Assembly (NCBI GenBank): GCA_009103225.1
Contig: RHPI01000671.1
Coordinates: 402,100 to 466,099 of the forward strand
Origin: Chlorokybus atmophyticus
Taxonomy: Eukaryota > Plantae > Mesostigma and Chlorokybus algae
DNA: 64,000 bases
Direction: 5' to 3'
Below, piece after piece: positions 19,920-33,370 of the stretch (position 1 is the stretch's first letter; every line of letters starts with the position of its first letter). The notes under the pieces were generated by a model that was not told the origin of the DNA, ran no database searches, and worked only from the letters and a program-made list of their open reading frames with translations. The position numbers and the translations under genes are program-made.

Positions 19920-20926
19920 ATGTGGTTCTTGCTGTGTATTTGCTAGATAATGGACTACTTATAGCGTATAGCTAGCTGCGGATGATCACATCAGCAAACA
20001 GGGCAATGTGCTTTGCAGTTGCCACCAAGCCTGTGCTTTTGTGCCTGCAGCTTAATGCTGGTTGCAGTAGGTGACAACCGAAATGCACTGAACAACGCTG
20101 CGGATGTTGTGATGCACCGGGTACTGGTGTGTACAGAAATAGTAAGTGCTGTATGCCACAAGCACGACACATGCATCGTGCACAAACAACGCCCATGTGG
20201 GCAGGTGATTACCAACTGCATATTGACTGCTGCATGTCTAACGGGGTAGAGGCAGTAGATTAGCGTGCTAGTAGTAGCCCGGTGGTCAACTAATTGTCAT
20301 TTGTACGACACCTTGCATGTGTTGCTGCGTGCTGACTGAACTACACGTTATGCATGCGCATGCATGTCCTGCATTTGATGTACACACCAGCATGCAGCGT
20401 CTACATGCACCACCGAGGTCTACCTATATTACTACTACTCGGCTACTGCCTGTGCCCCCCGTTAAACATGGGAGAACAGTAGCAGACTGCTGCGCACCGA
20501 CGACTTTGTCGCTCTCATATCGCCTTGTGCACTGAGCATTTGCACAGTGCAGCCATAAGCACATGGCCAATAGCTGACTGTGTGAAACGCCTTGTGTACA
20601 GGTAATGATGCATGCATGTTGACTAGCGGGGCAAGCGTAATAAAGACGAAGCTAGCTACCTAGGTTGTATAGGCAGCCCGGTGGTTGCTGCCATGTACTG
20701 TGCTTATGCTTGCGTATGTCACGCGGGCCGTGCAATGGTGAGTCACATGCACAGCATTGCATATGACTATCTAAACATTGCCGCTGAGTCATGTCACTGC
20801 TTGCTGCTTCCATGCCTGCACCTACGCGCACGCTCGACCCAGAATTGCCCCCCTAAACTGCTCTGCGGAAACGGAAACTTGCGCTCAACTTCGGCTGATT
20901 TGAGCGTGCACCGCCCCTTCGCACCC

Positions 20927-23207
20927 ATGACGGTGGCGGTGGTGGCGGCGGGGTTGGCGGTATCTTCGTCCGGGTCGCTGCGGTCGTTGCTGACTAGCCG
21001 CGCGGGAGCAGCGTCAGCTAGGCGCAGGGAGGGCAGGGCCCTTGCCGGTGAGCTGCCGGTGGGCTACCGCCTGGCCGCCGCCTCATCCCCCGCCGCCGCC
21101 GCACCTCCTGTGAGAAGCAAGCTGCTGCGTTTGGGCAGGTGTTAGAAAGATTACAGGAAGCAGTGTGTAATTCCCAGACAATAACCCAACATGGGTTGTT
21201 GTCTGGGTTGTTGTCAACCCAGACAACAACCCATTCGTAGTTGACACGCATTATTGTCTTTGTGCGTCCTCTTGCCAATACAATCACCATCACTACCAGC
21301 CAGCTGCACTGTGTCAAGGAGTGGTGAGCGGTTGTGCGCTGCTGTCACGATGTTGCTTTGCGCCGGGTTTTGAGTCACACTTGTTGGCAATTGTTCATGT
21401 GCTGGTTGGACACCACACAGACATCACACAGCAATGCACTCGTCCAGAGCATAGCTTGTTGACACAACTTCAGCATGCTCGCACCCACATGCACACGCGC
21501 GCACGCGCACACGAACGCCCAAGTGTAATTGTGTGCGTGCTCGTGCGCGTGCGCGCATGTGCATACACGCAGCCTACAACACATCATGTGCCAAGCATGC
21601 TGTCAATCTCCACACACGCGCGCGCGCACGCCCATCCCCATTTTGCTCAACACCACGCTATCGTCCATGTCACGCAGGCGCCATGCCTTGGCGCGGCTGC
21701 GTCTCATCGCCGCCCGGCCCCTCTTCAACCACTACTACTCCACCCCCACATTACCAGCAACACGCGCATGCACATCATCCAGCAGCGGTGAAGGAGTCCC
21801 CACTCACGCGAGCACGAGCGTTAATGGGGATAGCTCGAGTGGGGAGGAGAGGGTTGTTGCGGAGCAGAGGGTGCCCCTGAGCGTGGTGCTGGTGGAACCG
21901 AAGATACCGGGAAACACGGGCAGTGTCGCACGGACGTGTGCGGCGGCGGGGGTGAGGGGAGGGGTGTGATGTTGTTGAGGGCGAGGGGTTGGGAGACTGC
22001 TTGTGTGATTGGTCGGATGTATGTTGTATGCATGAGTTCAGCACGCACGCACATCAGGTACATAATGCATAGGTGCACGCACGAGCACGCATGCGCACAT
22101 GGGCATGCGCAGAGGCTTCTGAGCCTATGCGCGAGCTTGTGCGTACGCGAACACACAGGCACACATGTGTGCGTGTATGTTCACGCACATACACACAGGC
22201 AATCATTGGATCGTTGCCACTCCTCAAGGATGCTCACGCGTTACAGTATGCAGGTTGGCTTGCACCTGGTTGGCCCGCTGGGCTTCACGCTCACAGACAC
22301 GCAGCTCAAGCGCGCGGGCCTCGACTACTGGCCGTATGTGGTGTTCCAACACACGACACTCACCCATCATCTAGATGTTGTGTGTCTCTCAAGCTAAGCT
22401 AAATGCCTAAAATAACATTCGTACTGCAGCTACGTCTGCGTCGAGGTGCACGACAGCTGGCAGGCCTTCGAGGCTTACTTCGCACGGCAACCGGGGCCCA
22501 AACGGCTCGTTGGGTTCAGCGCGCGCGTGACAACAAACTACACAGTGAGTGTGTCAGGAAAGCAGAGTGGGTGGTGATGTGTGTTTGTTGGTTGTGCTCG
22601 AATGATGCGAAGGTTGTCATCGCAGAAAGTGCCCTATCGGGCTGGTGATTGGCTCCTTTTCGGCTCTGAGACGGACGGGTTGCCCAAGGAAGCGATGGAA
22701 CGATGTCGAAGTGGACCTGATGAAGGTGAGACATCCCATGTGCGTGTCTGTCTGTGTATGCCTGTGCGTGCTTGCATGCATGTGTGTGTCTGTGTACGCG
22801 TGCACCTGTGAGTGTGCGTGTGCACGCATGCACATGGGTGGGGAAGGGAGTGCGTGGGTGGGAGTGTTGGTGCGCACAAGTGGTCCAGGCGTGCACGTGT
22901 GCACACAAAACTCATTGGCTTCTGTGCCTACTGGCTTCCCATGCCTATGTGCCCCTGCCTACCCCCACACGTACCCAGCCCACAACCCCAACTCACAACC
23001 CAACCTCACGCCCTCCCCCCCCCAGGCGGTCTCGTGACGATCCCTATCTGCGAGACCCACGTGCGTTCGCTCAACCTGGCGGTCGCGGCGGGGATCGGTA
23101 CCTTCGAGGCGCTACGACAGATCGGGGAGGAGCAGGAGAAGGAGCGTGTGGACACCCTGCGGCAGGATGTGCGGGAGCAGCATGCCGTCGAGGCAATGAG
23201 TTCGTAG
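20927..23207 (+). CDS. trmL: SpoU/TrmL tRNA (cytidine/uridine-34 2'-O)-methyltransferase with long transit peptide
   Basis: Exon 1 MTVAVVAAGLAVSSSG...LLRLGR joins in phase 2 to RHALARLRL...VVLVEPKIPGNTGSVARTCAAAG|GLHLVGPLGF...LKRAGLDYWPYV|...VHDSW...|...LLFGSETDGLP...|...IPICETHVRSLNLAVAAGIGTFEALRQ. These are the canonical TrmL SPOUT motifs. Confidence 0.9.
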
Positions 23208-24173
23208 CGCACACGCGTAGTAATTAGTGCGAGTGCTTTGCGTGCACGCGTGGAGTAGTAGGGAGCCGCGTGCGTGCGCGTGCGCGAACACATGAGCCCA
23301 GAGCCAAGGCGCGGTACGGGAGATGCAAATCAAGACCAGAGGAGAACAGAGCAGCTGCTGTGCTCGCGCAGCAACGCGGTGGTGTATGTGTGCATTTGCG
23401 CATGCTAGAAACCACCACCTTGATGTGACACGTGTGCGCCTGGACTGCGTCGCGCGGTCCCTCGTGTCCCACGCGCGTAGTGGACTTGTGTGCACAACTG
23501 CCCGGTGTGGTGTGTGTGGCAAATGCCGCAGCAATTGCTGCTGCTGGCTATTTGCTGGTTATTTCCATGTATCATGGGTGGAAGCTGTCGTGAATAGTAC
23601 GTGCTTGATGGGGTGAAGCAGGGAATCTGACCTGTTTGTGAAATGACGTAGTGGTGTGAGGTGTGTGTTGTGCTAGGTATTGGGGCAGTGCTCGTAGCCA
23701 AACCTGGTGCGTTTGCTGCAATAGAGAGTTGATGTTTGCGACTGTGCCGGGCAACCTTTTCGCTTCTGTGTAACAGATTTGCCAGATGCTGAGGCAGGAA
23801 GGAGTCTCCTTGAATGCACAAACCGCACACGTACGGTAGGTCCACCGTAGAAACACACGCAGACTCTCGTTCCCAGTCCACGCAAGTGCTGGCTGTAAAG
23901 AATGTTGCTGTGGACTGGCAATAGGCTCACATACGCACAGCAGGCCAAGAAGTTGTTCCACCAACATGCAATACTGTCATCACACAGACGAGATGCCCAT
24001 CACACACAAAGCCAGCCATGAGAGATAGGGGGGCCCCTCTACAACATGCCCCAACCTGACACCCAACCCCCCCGCATTATGCTGAAGCTCATGCAGCCCA
24101 CCCCCATAAACACGCGCGCGTGCACACACACTCGGTGTTTGAAACACCCATATGTTCACGAGCGACTCTGCTC

Positions 24174-25092
24174 TCATTCCCAGGTGTACATGTAGTACGG
24201 CAGCTCCATCTCCTGCCCGTCCCAGTACACGCCGTTCTGCACCGCGTCGTACATGATGATCGCAGCGTAACCAAACACCGCCGCGATCACAAACGTCAGC
24301 ACGAACTTGCTGTCGTCATCGTTGTCATCACCACCATTGTTGCTGTTGTTATTTTTGTTGTCGTTGTTACTAATTTCCTGCTTGGCCCTCCTCCTCTCCT
24401 CGCTGTCGGCAGCGAGATGCAAGTGTGTGAAGGGTTCAAAGGCGAGTATATGTTGTTGTTGTTGTTGTGGTGGTGGTGGTGGTGGTGGTGGTGGCATGCG
24501 GACTATGCGGCTTGCGCGTCGCCTGCGGGCCTGTGAAAGCGTGCGCGTTTGGTGTTGTTGGGTGAGGGAGGGAGAGCATGTTGTTGTGTGAGTGACGGTG
24601 TGGTGCTGGTGCGATTTGTTTTGGCACCTTGTTGGACGAGGGTTGGATCTGTGACGATGTGACACCGTTTGTGCTTGAGCTGGTACCTGCGTGGACAGCA
24701 TAAATGACCCTGACCTTCCCGTGCAGTCGCATTGAATACCCAAACCGCTTGTGTGCATATGTGCACGTGTGCGCAAATGCGTGCGCGTGCACGTGAGGGG
24801 GTGGGAATGCATACACGTGCGCGTGCGTGCGTGCGTGCGTGCGCGTGTTTGCCTCTAATAACACTTATGAACGAGAGAGTTTCAAGGTGTAGAGTTCAGA
24901 ACATGTAACAGCATCGCAGAAATGATTCAAGCGCAATTCACTCCGTTCAAACGTGGCCCTAAGCACTGCAAAACATGGTTGGCTGAGTGACCATGTCACC
25001 GAGCCAACCATGCTGGCTGGCTTGCTTTGTTCAACAAAATCACGTCAATCACATTGTTGGCACTGCTTCATTCAGTGCAGCCTCACCTGCAT
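24174..25092 (-). CDS. Hypothetical small single-pass membrane protein; start uncertain
   Basis: The ORF ends ...DDDSKFVLTFVIAAVFGYAAIIMYDAVQNGVYWDGQEMELPYYMYTWE*, with GC-rich codons and one hydrophobic helix. It follows a low-complexity P/Q/N segment. A possible micro first exon ATG CAG|GTGAGG lies at 25092-25087. Confidence 0.5.
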
Positions 25093-25375
25093 CGCATGGC
25101 CTCGGCGTTGCTGCCACCGCTGCCGCCGCCGCCGCCGCCATGGCCGCCAGCGACATCGCCGCCCACCTACTGTACCACTGTACTACACGACCTTAATGCA
25201 CGCCTGAATGCATCCTAACTTGCTTGGCTTGTGCCGTAGCGCACAAGCCTTGTGCGGCAGCGCACCAGCCTCGCGTTCACTGCACGAAACTTTTGGCTAC
25301 GACAACAGACTTTTGGCTACGACAACATGTTCAAATTTCTGCTTTGCTTAACGCCCTGCTCATGTGAAAATTTCC

Positions 25376-25588
25376 AACCAGGCCAGACCAGGCCAGGCCA
25401 GGCCAGGCCGAGCCAGGCCAAGCGGTGTGAGGGGGCGGTCCATTGGCGGCCTGGCATTGAGCGTCAGTTCGCCCAATGAATGTGCACAAGGCGGCGGCGA
25501 CGTGAGGACAGGACGTGAGCTCGCGTACATCCAGACTGGAAATCCTTCACCACCAGCAGCCCAGGCCAAGCTAGGCCAGGCCAGGCTA
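25376..25588. repeat. Two short (CCAGG)n pentamer arrays between divergent genes
   Basis: About 9 degenerate units at 25376-25420 and about 5 units at 25561-25588. Confidence 0.85.
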
Positions 25589-25655
25589 GTTGGGCTGCCA
25601 CAGCTCCGGGCTTAGCTCCCCCTCCCCTCCCCCCGGCCTGGCCAGTTTGGTTGCG

Positions 25656-28600
25656 ATGAGCGGGCTGGCGTCCTGCGGCGGGCGGACGGTGCAGCTGTGG
25701 GACTGCCAGCAGCAGCAGCAGGCAGGCGGCGGCGGCGTTGGCGTTGTTGGAGCGAAGCTGAGTGCTAGCGTGCAGTTGCCGGCGCAGCCGCATTGCGTGC
25801 GATGGAACCATACGAGTGAGTAGTAGCAACAACCCCACATTGGCTGTTGTGCAGTTGTGCGTGCACTTGCTTTTTCTCGTTGATGCTGACTTTTCGTTAA
25901 TCGGGACCTTTTTGCCATGCACGAAAAGCGATGATTATTGTTAACGCAATGACTAGTAACATCATTCAGCTCGCTTGATCGCAGCTTGCTGCACACAATG
26001 TCATGGAGAGGAAGGCTTGCTTTGTTTGGTTTGGCGTCATTACCATGCGCGCTGGCTGGTATATCCAGTAGCTTGTTGTGTCATTGTACTGTTCTCTTGT
26101 AGGTTCTTCTGTACCTTCTCTTGTGGTTACACAAAACAAGCACAATGCCACTGAATGATATCAACCGCGCTGCAACACAACAACCTGCCGTGCCAGACAT
26201 GCTACATTAGCTGACATACTACACTCATCTCATCCCGTCGTACAAGTTGTTCCAACATCACCAGCAGGGTGACATTAGTAACAATCCACATGTGTTACTT
26301 GGCTTGTTGCAAGTGGTGCAACAACAACAACAAAGAAGAAGCAGAGCGCTGCATCGTGCGTGCGTGTGCCAACATGCAGCGGGGCTCAACGTGCGTCTGG
26401 TTGGCAGATTCTGTGGTTGCGAGCGCGGGTGATGACGGCGTCGTGCGGCTCCATCTCGCGGATGGCAGCGAGCTTGGATGCATGCCAGAAGGAGGACAGC
26501 AGGTGGGTTGACACGCACGCACGCACGCACATGACATCATCAACATCACAGGCAGTTGTTTCATCAAAACAGGGGAGCAGTATTGTTGTCTTTGAGTCAA
26601 AGGATGACAATGATGACGATGACGATGATGTTGATGATGATGTTGATGTTGATGTTGTTGTTGCTGTGCAGATGTCCCCCATTCTATCCATGTGCTTCAG
26701 CAAAGGCTCGCGCTACATCTGCTGCGCCACACAAAACGCCGAGGTACACATCATCACTTTGAACCCAACATACGTGCACAAACCAACATCCCCCCCCTCC
26801 CCCCCCCCACACCCACTACCACTCAGGTCCGNNNNNNNNNNNNNNNNNNNNNNNNNNNNNNNNNNNNNNNNNNNNNNNNNNNNNNNNNNNNNNNNNNNNN
26901 NNNNNNNNNNNNNNNNNNNNNNNNNNNNNNNNNNNNNNNNNNNNNNNNNNNNNNNNNNNNNNNNNNNNNNNNNNNNNNNNNNNNNNNNNNNNCACTACCA
27001 CTCAGGTCCGCATCTGGGACGCGAAGCGGCGCGCCCCCGTCCGCCTCCTGACGGGTCACGCGGGGGCGGTGACGTGCGTGGTGTACTCGCCGGGGGAGCA
27101 CCATGTGGCATCGTGCTCCGACGCGGGGGAACTGATACTGCACTCGAATACGAGCGGGGCGAAGCTGTGCGCACTGCGAGCACCCAACACGCAGGTGAGT
27201 GGCTTGTGAATGCGACACACGCGCACGTGTCATGCATGCACACCCGTTTGTGCTCACGTGCACACACGCATGCATGCATTCTCTTTTCGGGCACAAGGAT
27301 TTTAGGGTTGTTTTGTGTAGCGTACACTCTCACAGTACGATACAAAGCAATTTGTGTGGTCTGTCATGCTGTATCTTCTGTCTCCCATGACTTGGTTGTG
27401 ACAGACACACATTCTTGACGACATTTGTGTGGTTTTATGTGGCGCTCTCCTTTTGCACACATGTGAGTTGACAGCCTTGTTGTTGTCAGGGCGGTTGGCG
27501 CACGCTGCAGTACTCCCCACATAGGCAACGGCACCTCGCCGTCGCGGGGGACGACGGCACCGTGCACGTATGGGACATGAACGTGCGCTCCATCAAGGTA
27601 CAAGGCACATTGGGATGTATCCTATCAGGCCACTTCTTCACTTTGACTTGTCTCTCCTTGTGGTTGTTGTTCAAAAGGTGTCTTACACGAAAGCGCACAA
27701 GGCACCCGTGACGGCCGTCGACTTCAGCAGCTTGAGCCCCAACGTACAACTCACACTGTCAACGCTACTTGTCGTGTCGGTCGCGCATATCGCTAGTTGC
27801 CAACATGCCTTCATGTGCCTCGACGTGCGTGTGTACTCAGATGCTCCTGAGCTCTGGCCTGGACAAGCGTCTCCTCGTGCTGGACCTCAACGACAAGCGC
27901 AACGGCGTCGCGTACGACACGCACGCGCCCGTCACGAGCATAGCGTGCAAGGTGATGCGCATCAGTATCATGCCATTCCGAGTGCAATGTTGGAACGGTG
28001 TCATGCTTTGCAGGCGGATGGCGTGACTGTGGCCGCGGGGTTTGCTGATGGCGACGTCGCGCTGTATGACCTGCGCAAGAATAGGCCGGAGGAGGTTGCC
28101 CGCTTCCATGCATGCAACGGGGTGTGTGGCTTGACTCATCTGCACGCACACACACGCATGTACCCATACCCACGCATGCACGCGCGCACGCATGCACACA
28201 CGCACGCGCATGCACATACATATAGACGTGCACCCACATGCGCGCGAGCACACGCACATGCAAGAGAGAAAACACGCTACTAACTGTGAGAGAAAAAGTT
28301 GTCACAGTGTTATTATGCGTGCTTTGCAGGCTGTGGAGTGCGTGCAGTGGCAGAACGCTCCCGCCCTCGAGACCGCTTCCACAACAACAACAACTGCTGG
28401 AGGCGTGAGCGACACATTCAGCAGCGGCCCGATAACGGATCCTTCCCCCCTGTTGGGTCCGAGCAACTTGGACACGCAGCTCGTACCCGACGCCGACATC
28501 ATTGCAACAACCCAACAACAACAACAACAACACGCTCGCAAGGAGGATGTGGCTAGTACAAAGAGCCACAAGCCGCGATCGCCGTACACGCCGGCGGGAC

Positions 28601-30426
28601 AGATGCACGCGTTTGCGAGTTTGGGGAATGGGGTGAGTGATATCAACAACAACAACAACAATGGGGTGAGAGCCACGCTGAGGGGAGCAAGTGGTGTGGG
28701 GCAGATGGCGAGTAGCAATGGTGGGGTGCCGGCGGCGGCGGATATAGCGATGTTCTCGCCGGTGGTGGAGGTGAGAGTAACAAGAGTGTGCGTGTGTATG
28801 TGTGTGAGCGTTTGAGCGTGCGTGCGTGTGTGCGTGCGTGCGTGCGTGCGTGTGTGTCTGTGTATGTGGGTGGGTGGGTGGGTGGGTACGTGTGTGTGGA
28901 GCTTATGTGATGTGTTGTGCTCCCCTTGCAGGTGAAGCCGATCACGCCGATGTCGGAGTCAGGTGTCGGCATCTCACCCGATAGTACGGTGCGGCGATCG
29001 AGTCAACATTCGATCATGTTTATGCGCGTGCTTGGTGCATGGTGGCGTGTGGGTTTGCCTGTTCGTGTGCATGTGCGCGCGTACTTGGTGCGGTTCTCAT
29101 GGTACAATTCTGTTGTCTGCAGCCGAGTGTGCAGTACGCTTCTACAGCAACTGGTAAGCATCATTTTGAACAAGCAGGATACAGTCACATAGCACCCTGC
29201 AACACGACGTGTAGCATGCACATGGGCAGCTTGCATGATCGACAACAAACATGTTTGCGCAGATCGCTTTGCGATGGCATGGCACGGGTCCGGCCGAGTG
29301 AACCCCTCCGAGTCCATGGAGGGACCCTCCGGGTAGGCCATCACTTTCACCCCAACATTTGCATGCACAACAAGCTCCCCACATCTCACTCAGACATTGA
29401 CCACCGATTGCCGCTCAACGACACCGTTGTTAAACTGATACAATGCAAAGCCCCTCACCAAGCAAGTGTTCTGCAGGCATCCTGCCGGCAGCAGCTACAC
29501 AACCTACAACAACATGGACACCACCCACCCGCACCACCACCACCACAACATGCCCTTCGACACGCCCACGTCGTCCTACCGACCCTTCGACCCCTCCGAG
29601 TCCGATCTGCTGGCCCGAGCAGGAGACAACACTCACACCAGTCAACATCATCCACATCACCAGCATCCACATCACCATCGTGCCACGAGCATGCAGAACC
29701 CGCTGTTCGATGAGGATAATGGCGTCGGGGAGGGCGTTGGCGATGTGGCGCACTTGGGGAGGCCGCCTGGTGGGAATAGGTTCCAAGCGTCTGTGCGCGG
29801 GGTGGGGGAGGGGGAGGACTATGCGGCAACGACGTCGGGACAAACGCACGTGAGTGGGGTAGGGGTGCTATGTGTGCCTGTGTGGGTGTGTGCATCTGGG
29901 CGCCTGATTTCGGTCAAACAAAATAAATACGCGCGCAAGTGTCTGTGTGCGCGTACACGCACACGTGTGCTCGCATGCGCGTGTACGCGTGTTTACAGCG
30001 TGCGTGCATGCGTGCTTGCACGTGTATTGGACACTAGTCTCTCGCACACGTGTGCGTGCGTGCAGCACTAACACACAATCTCCTTCCAGCTGCATGCGGC
30101 GCAGCTGCTGAGGTCGGCAGTGAACGAGAGCGTGGGCGAGTTGAGGCGGGAGATGCACGACAGCATACAGAACCTCCACTTGGACTTGCTGCGGCAGTTC
30201 CACATACAACAGGTAGGTTAGGTCGGTCCCAATATCATCGATCACATGTCATGTGTGGACCCTTGCACGTGAGTGAGGTGTGTTTGCTGCTGATGTTGGG
30301 GTGCGTTGCTCGCGACAGATGGAGTTGGGCTCGCTTGTGGACCAGTTGTTTGCCAAGCAGAACCTGTTGTTGAGCAAGGTAGAGTCTCTGGAACAGAAAC
30401 TGCAACACCGCAACGGCTATCTATGA
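25656..30426 (+). CDS. NEDD1: NEDD1/GCP-WD gamma-tubulin ring complex targeting protein (WD40 plus C-terminal coiled coil)
   Basis: MSGLASCGGRTVQLWD...VRWNHT|..VVASAGDDG..|..FSKGSRYICC..|VRIWDAKRR...GHAGAVTCV...|...AHKAPVTAVDFS|MLLSSGLDKRL...|...AAGFADGDVALYDLRK...|AVECVQWQ. The C-terminus ...REMHDSIQNLHLDLLRQFHIQQ|MELGSLVDQLFAKQ...* matches the plant NEDD1 tail (NLHxxxLRQFH). Confidence 0.9.
26832..26992. other. Assembly gap (N run); probably a false gap
   Basis: The same 18-mer cactaccactcaggtccg flanks both sides (26814-26831 and 26993-27010). Confidence 0.85.
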
Positions 30427-31363
30427 TGTGAAGGATAACACACACGTCTTCTGTCAAGCGGTTGCATGCATGTCGCACGTGTAACATGACACTCACAAAT
30501 GCTATGCATGGATTGGTAAGTATGTACATCATAAGGGTTACGAACGAGAGGCGGGAAGTGACCGCTTTGTCAGCATGTCAACCAGCTGGATGGCAGATGC
30601 ATGTATGAACAAAATGCGATGTGGGGTGGCGCATGCATAGCGCATGCACAAAGTGTCACGCTCACACAACATGCACGCAGCAGCCAGCCACATAGGCATG
30701 TTCTATCAACCACCAGGCTCATCTACTCCTACCAACTTAGCTACTTCCTATACTACCGCTGCACCCCATTAGTCATGCAAGCATGCATAGTCATCATCAT
30801 CACCTGCCACGGGCTGCTGTTTTCGATCAGCAATTGTTGTTGACTGTGGTTCTGCGGGTTGTGTGTCGCGAGGCCACCCTCGCGGCTGTGTAACGGTTAT
30901 ATGCTAAGAACAGCCAGCAAAGGCTGTTGTGTTGGGATGTCATCGATTGGTTGTCTGGACGCATGTGCCTTGCAACCGCGTCAAAGGTGTGCGACACTAC
31001 ACTAACGCATGCGGTCCATGCTAGCGCAACGGCAACTGCAAAGGCACTTCTGACCAAGGAACCTGCAATGTGTCAGCTCCGGATTGCACACCAATCCAAC
31101 ACACTGAGTAACAATGTGTGCTCAGCATATGCACTCCAGCACGCATGCACACGCATGCGCGGTTGCAGGGACCAACGCACCCGCTCCCACGCAAGCACAC
31201 CAAACTCATTGCTAATGACAGACACCACTGGTAGCCTTCCGCAATGCTACACCCGCCCCAACACGTTCCACGTGACTACGCACACCCGTGTACGTAGTCA
31301 TGCATGCATGTACATAGCCACGCGCACAGTCGTCCACGCCAACACAACGACACACAATCATCC

Positions 31364-32914
31364 TCACTCGTCCGCTGCGCGTTCGGCGAGGTTGGCCGTG
31401 TTCTGATCGGCGCGCTGCTCGTTGTAAGGGAGGAACTTGCCGTTGAGGGTGATGACGACGCGATCCTCGCCATCGGAACCTTTGACCTTGTCTACCGCGC
31501 AGAAGAAGTTGATCGCCGACATGCTGAGAGAGAGAGAGAGAGAGAGACACACACGCATGAAGAGAGAGGGCAATGATGTGTATGTGGGTATGCATGTGCG
31601 CACATACACACACATACACACACACGCACATGCACACGCGCAAGCACGGACATGCACACACACACGGACGCACACACACGCACGCACACGCACGCATGAA
31701 GAATCTGATGCCGCAGTTGTGTCACGTTGTAATGTATACTGATGTATACTGATGTTTTTCAAGTGTGCTTACATGCCGTCTCCAAACTTCTCGTTGATGA
31801 GCTCCTTGATGGCCAGGGAGTAGTGGTTCATGGCCTCGCGCAGACGATACACCTGTGCATCGCGTTGAGGATTACAAGATGCACACATGCAACAACAACA
31901 ACAACTTGAGAGCTCAACCACATGACTGTGTTGCATGTGCAAGCAACGAGACTCACGGTTGGGTCGTGGACAATGCGCTCGTCAAAGGTGCGCAACGGAG
32001 GCTGCAAAACACAAAGAGAGAACCAAACAGGTTGAGGAGAAGTTGTGCACACGAGCTTTGATGCGTGCGTGCTTGCGGATGCGTGTGCGTGTGTGCATGT
32101 GTATGTGGGCGCACGCACACACGCACGCACTTGTGCATGTGCTGTTTGATATTTGATACATGCACCACGATAGAATGAACCTGCAGATCTGTCTACCCCA
32201 CCTTGCTCATCGTCGCAACCTGCTCATCAGTCAACGCCGGCACCGCCTTCTTCAACTTCTCTGCCCATGCATCAAGCAATTATCAACAACAACAATCGAC
32301 CAACACACAAAAACCACTACAACAGCGTGTATCGATGACTCGCACATGGCTTATCTGTTAGCGTACCTGCTGTGTGTGGTTTGAGCTGCGCCTGGTTGAG
32401 GAACAGCTGCGCGGCGTATGCGTTGGTCACACCCAACTCGCTGGCAATCTGATCAAACGACTTGCCGCTCTTCTCCTGATGGGTATGTGCAAGTGTATGT
32501 TGGCATGCGTGTTTTGTTATTCGGTGCGTCTGTTTGGTTGGTGCGCATGCAGTGCAATCCTGCTGATTATCATGAACCCAACGCAGAAGCTATCTGACCT
32601 TTCATGCAGTCATGTCCACTTTTGTCAACGTCATTGTTCACGATAGTGAGATAACGGATGGGCATAGCAGAGATCATGCATAGCAGCATATCGTGCATAT
32701 ATTACAAGCGTGCATGCATGCATGCAACGTGCATGCGCACGTGTAAAACTTGCATGCATTGTGTGCCTGTTTGTTTGCACGGACGCAAAGGTGCAATGCA
32801 TGTTGGGACTTCGAACAACACCTCTTGATTTTTGCAACATTTTCGAGTGACAGTAGAGTAGTGGTAGAAGGCTGAAAGCATGCAGCCAGTCGGTCAACTC
32901 ATGAATGTAAGCAA

Positions 32915-32981
<67 letters not shown>

Positions 32982-33055
32982 CAGAGACTCGCTCTCGCCT
33001 TTGCGGCCATGAGCTGCTCCACCAGCTCCGCCTTCTGAGTGAACAAGTGCGCCAT
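31364..33055 (-). CDS. cynS: Cyanate hydratase (cyanase), 5 exons
   Basis: [19 protein letters not shown]|[36 protein letters not shown]|[20 protein letters not shown]|[15 protein letters not shown]|[27 protein letters not shown]|[33 protein letters not shown]...*. Contains the DPTxYRLxE and FGDGIMSAI cyanase signatures. Confidence 0.96.
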
Positions 33056-33295
33056 CTTTGCTGACACTATTCACACCAAATCAACACTTCAACTTGACCA
33101 CAACCAGCACAAACACACAAAAAAATCTTCTCTGCTTACACACTCCTGCCCAATCGCTCCTCAAGTTTGCATGCAATTGCAAGCCACACAGCAGATTGCC
33201 ACATGCAAACCTCCTGTGTTGATTTTTCTTGCTTGCTTTACAGGCGCACTGCTTGTGCGCGACAACGCACAAGCTTTTGCAATCTGCCTCTTAGG

Positions 33296-33370
33296 TAAAA
33301 CCCTGGTTGTATTAAAACCCTGGTTGTATTAAAAAGTTTTCACAACTTTTTAATTTAACTAGGGTTTTGG
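33296..33370. promoter_or_regulatory. Compact bidirectional promoter segment with a 17-bp tandem repeat and telo-box-like motifs
   Basis: taaaaccctggttgtat occurs twice (33296-33329) and ctagggtttt lies at about 33359-33368. The segment sits between divergent cynS and the YfiM-like/SP-RING unit. Function is inferred. Confidence 0.45.

Noticed and set aside
21173-21234. CRISPR-like repeats
   Set aside because: There are only three short arms in alternating orientation with no unique spacers, in a eukaryotic intron. No CRISPR array or cas gene was seen in the window.
25376-25588. CCAGG arrays as Dcm methylation or restriction-related sites
   Set aside because: The context is eukaryotic; this is a simple pentanucleotide microsatellite with no linked methyltransferase.
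26814-27010. Apparent 18-bp direct repeat or target-site duplication around 161 Ns in NEDD1
   Set aside because: It is best explained as overlapping contig ends (a false gap). The exon VRIWDAK joins normally.
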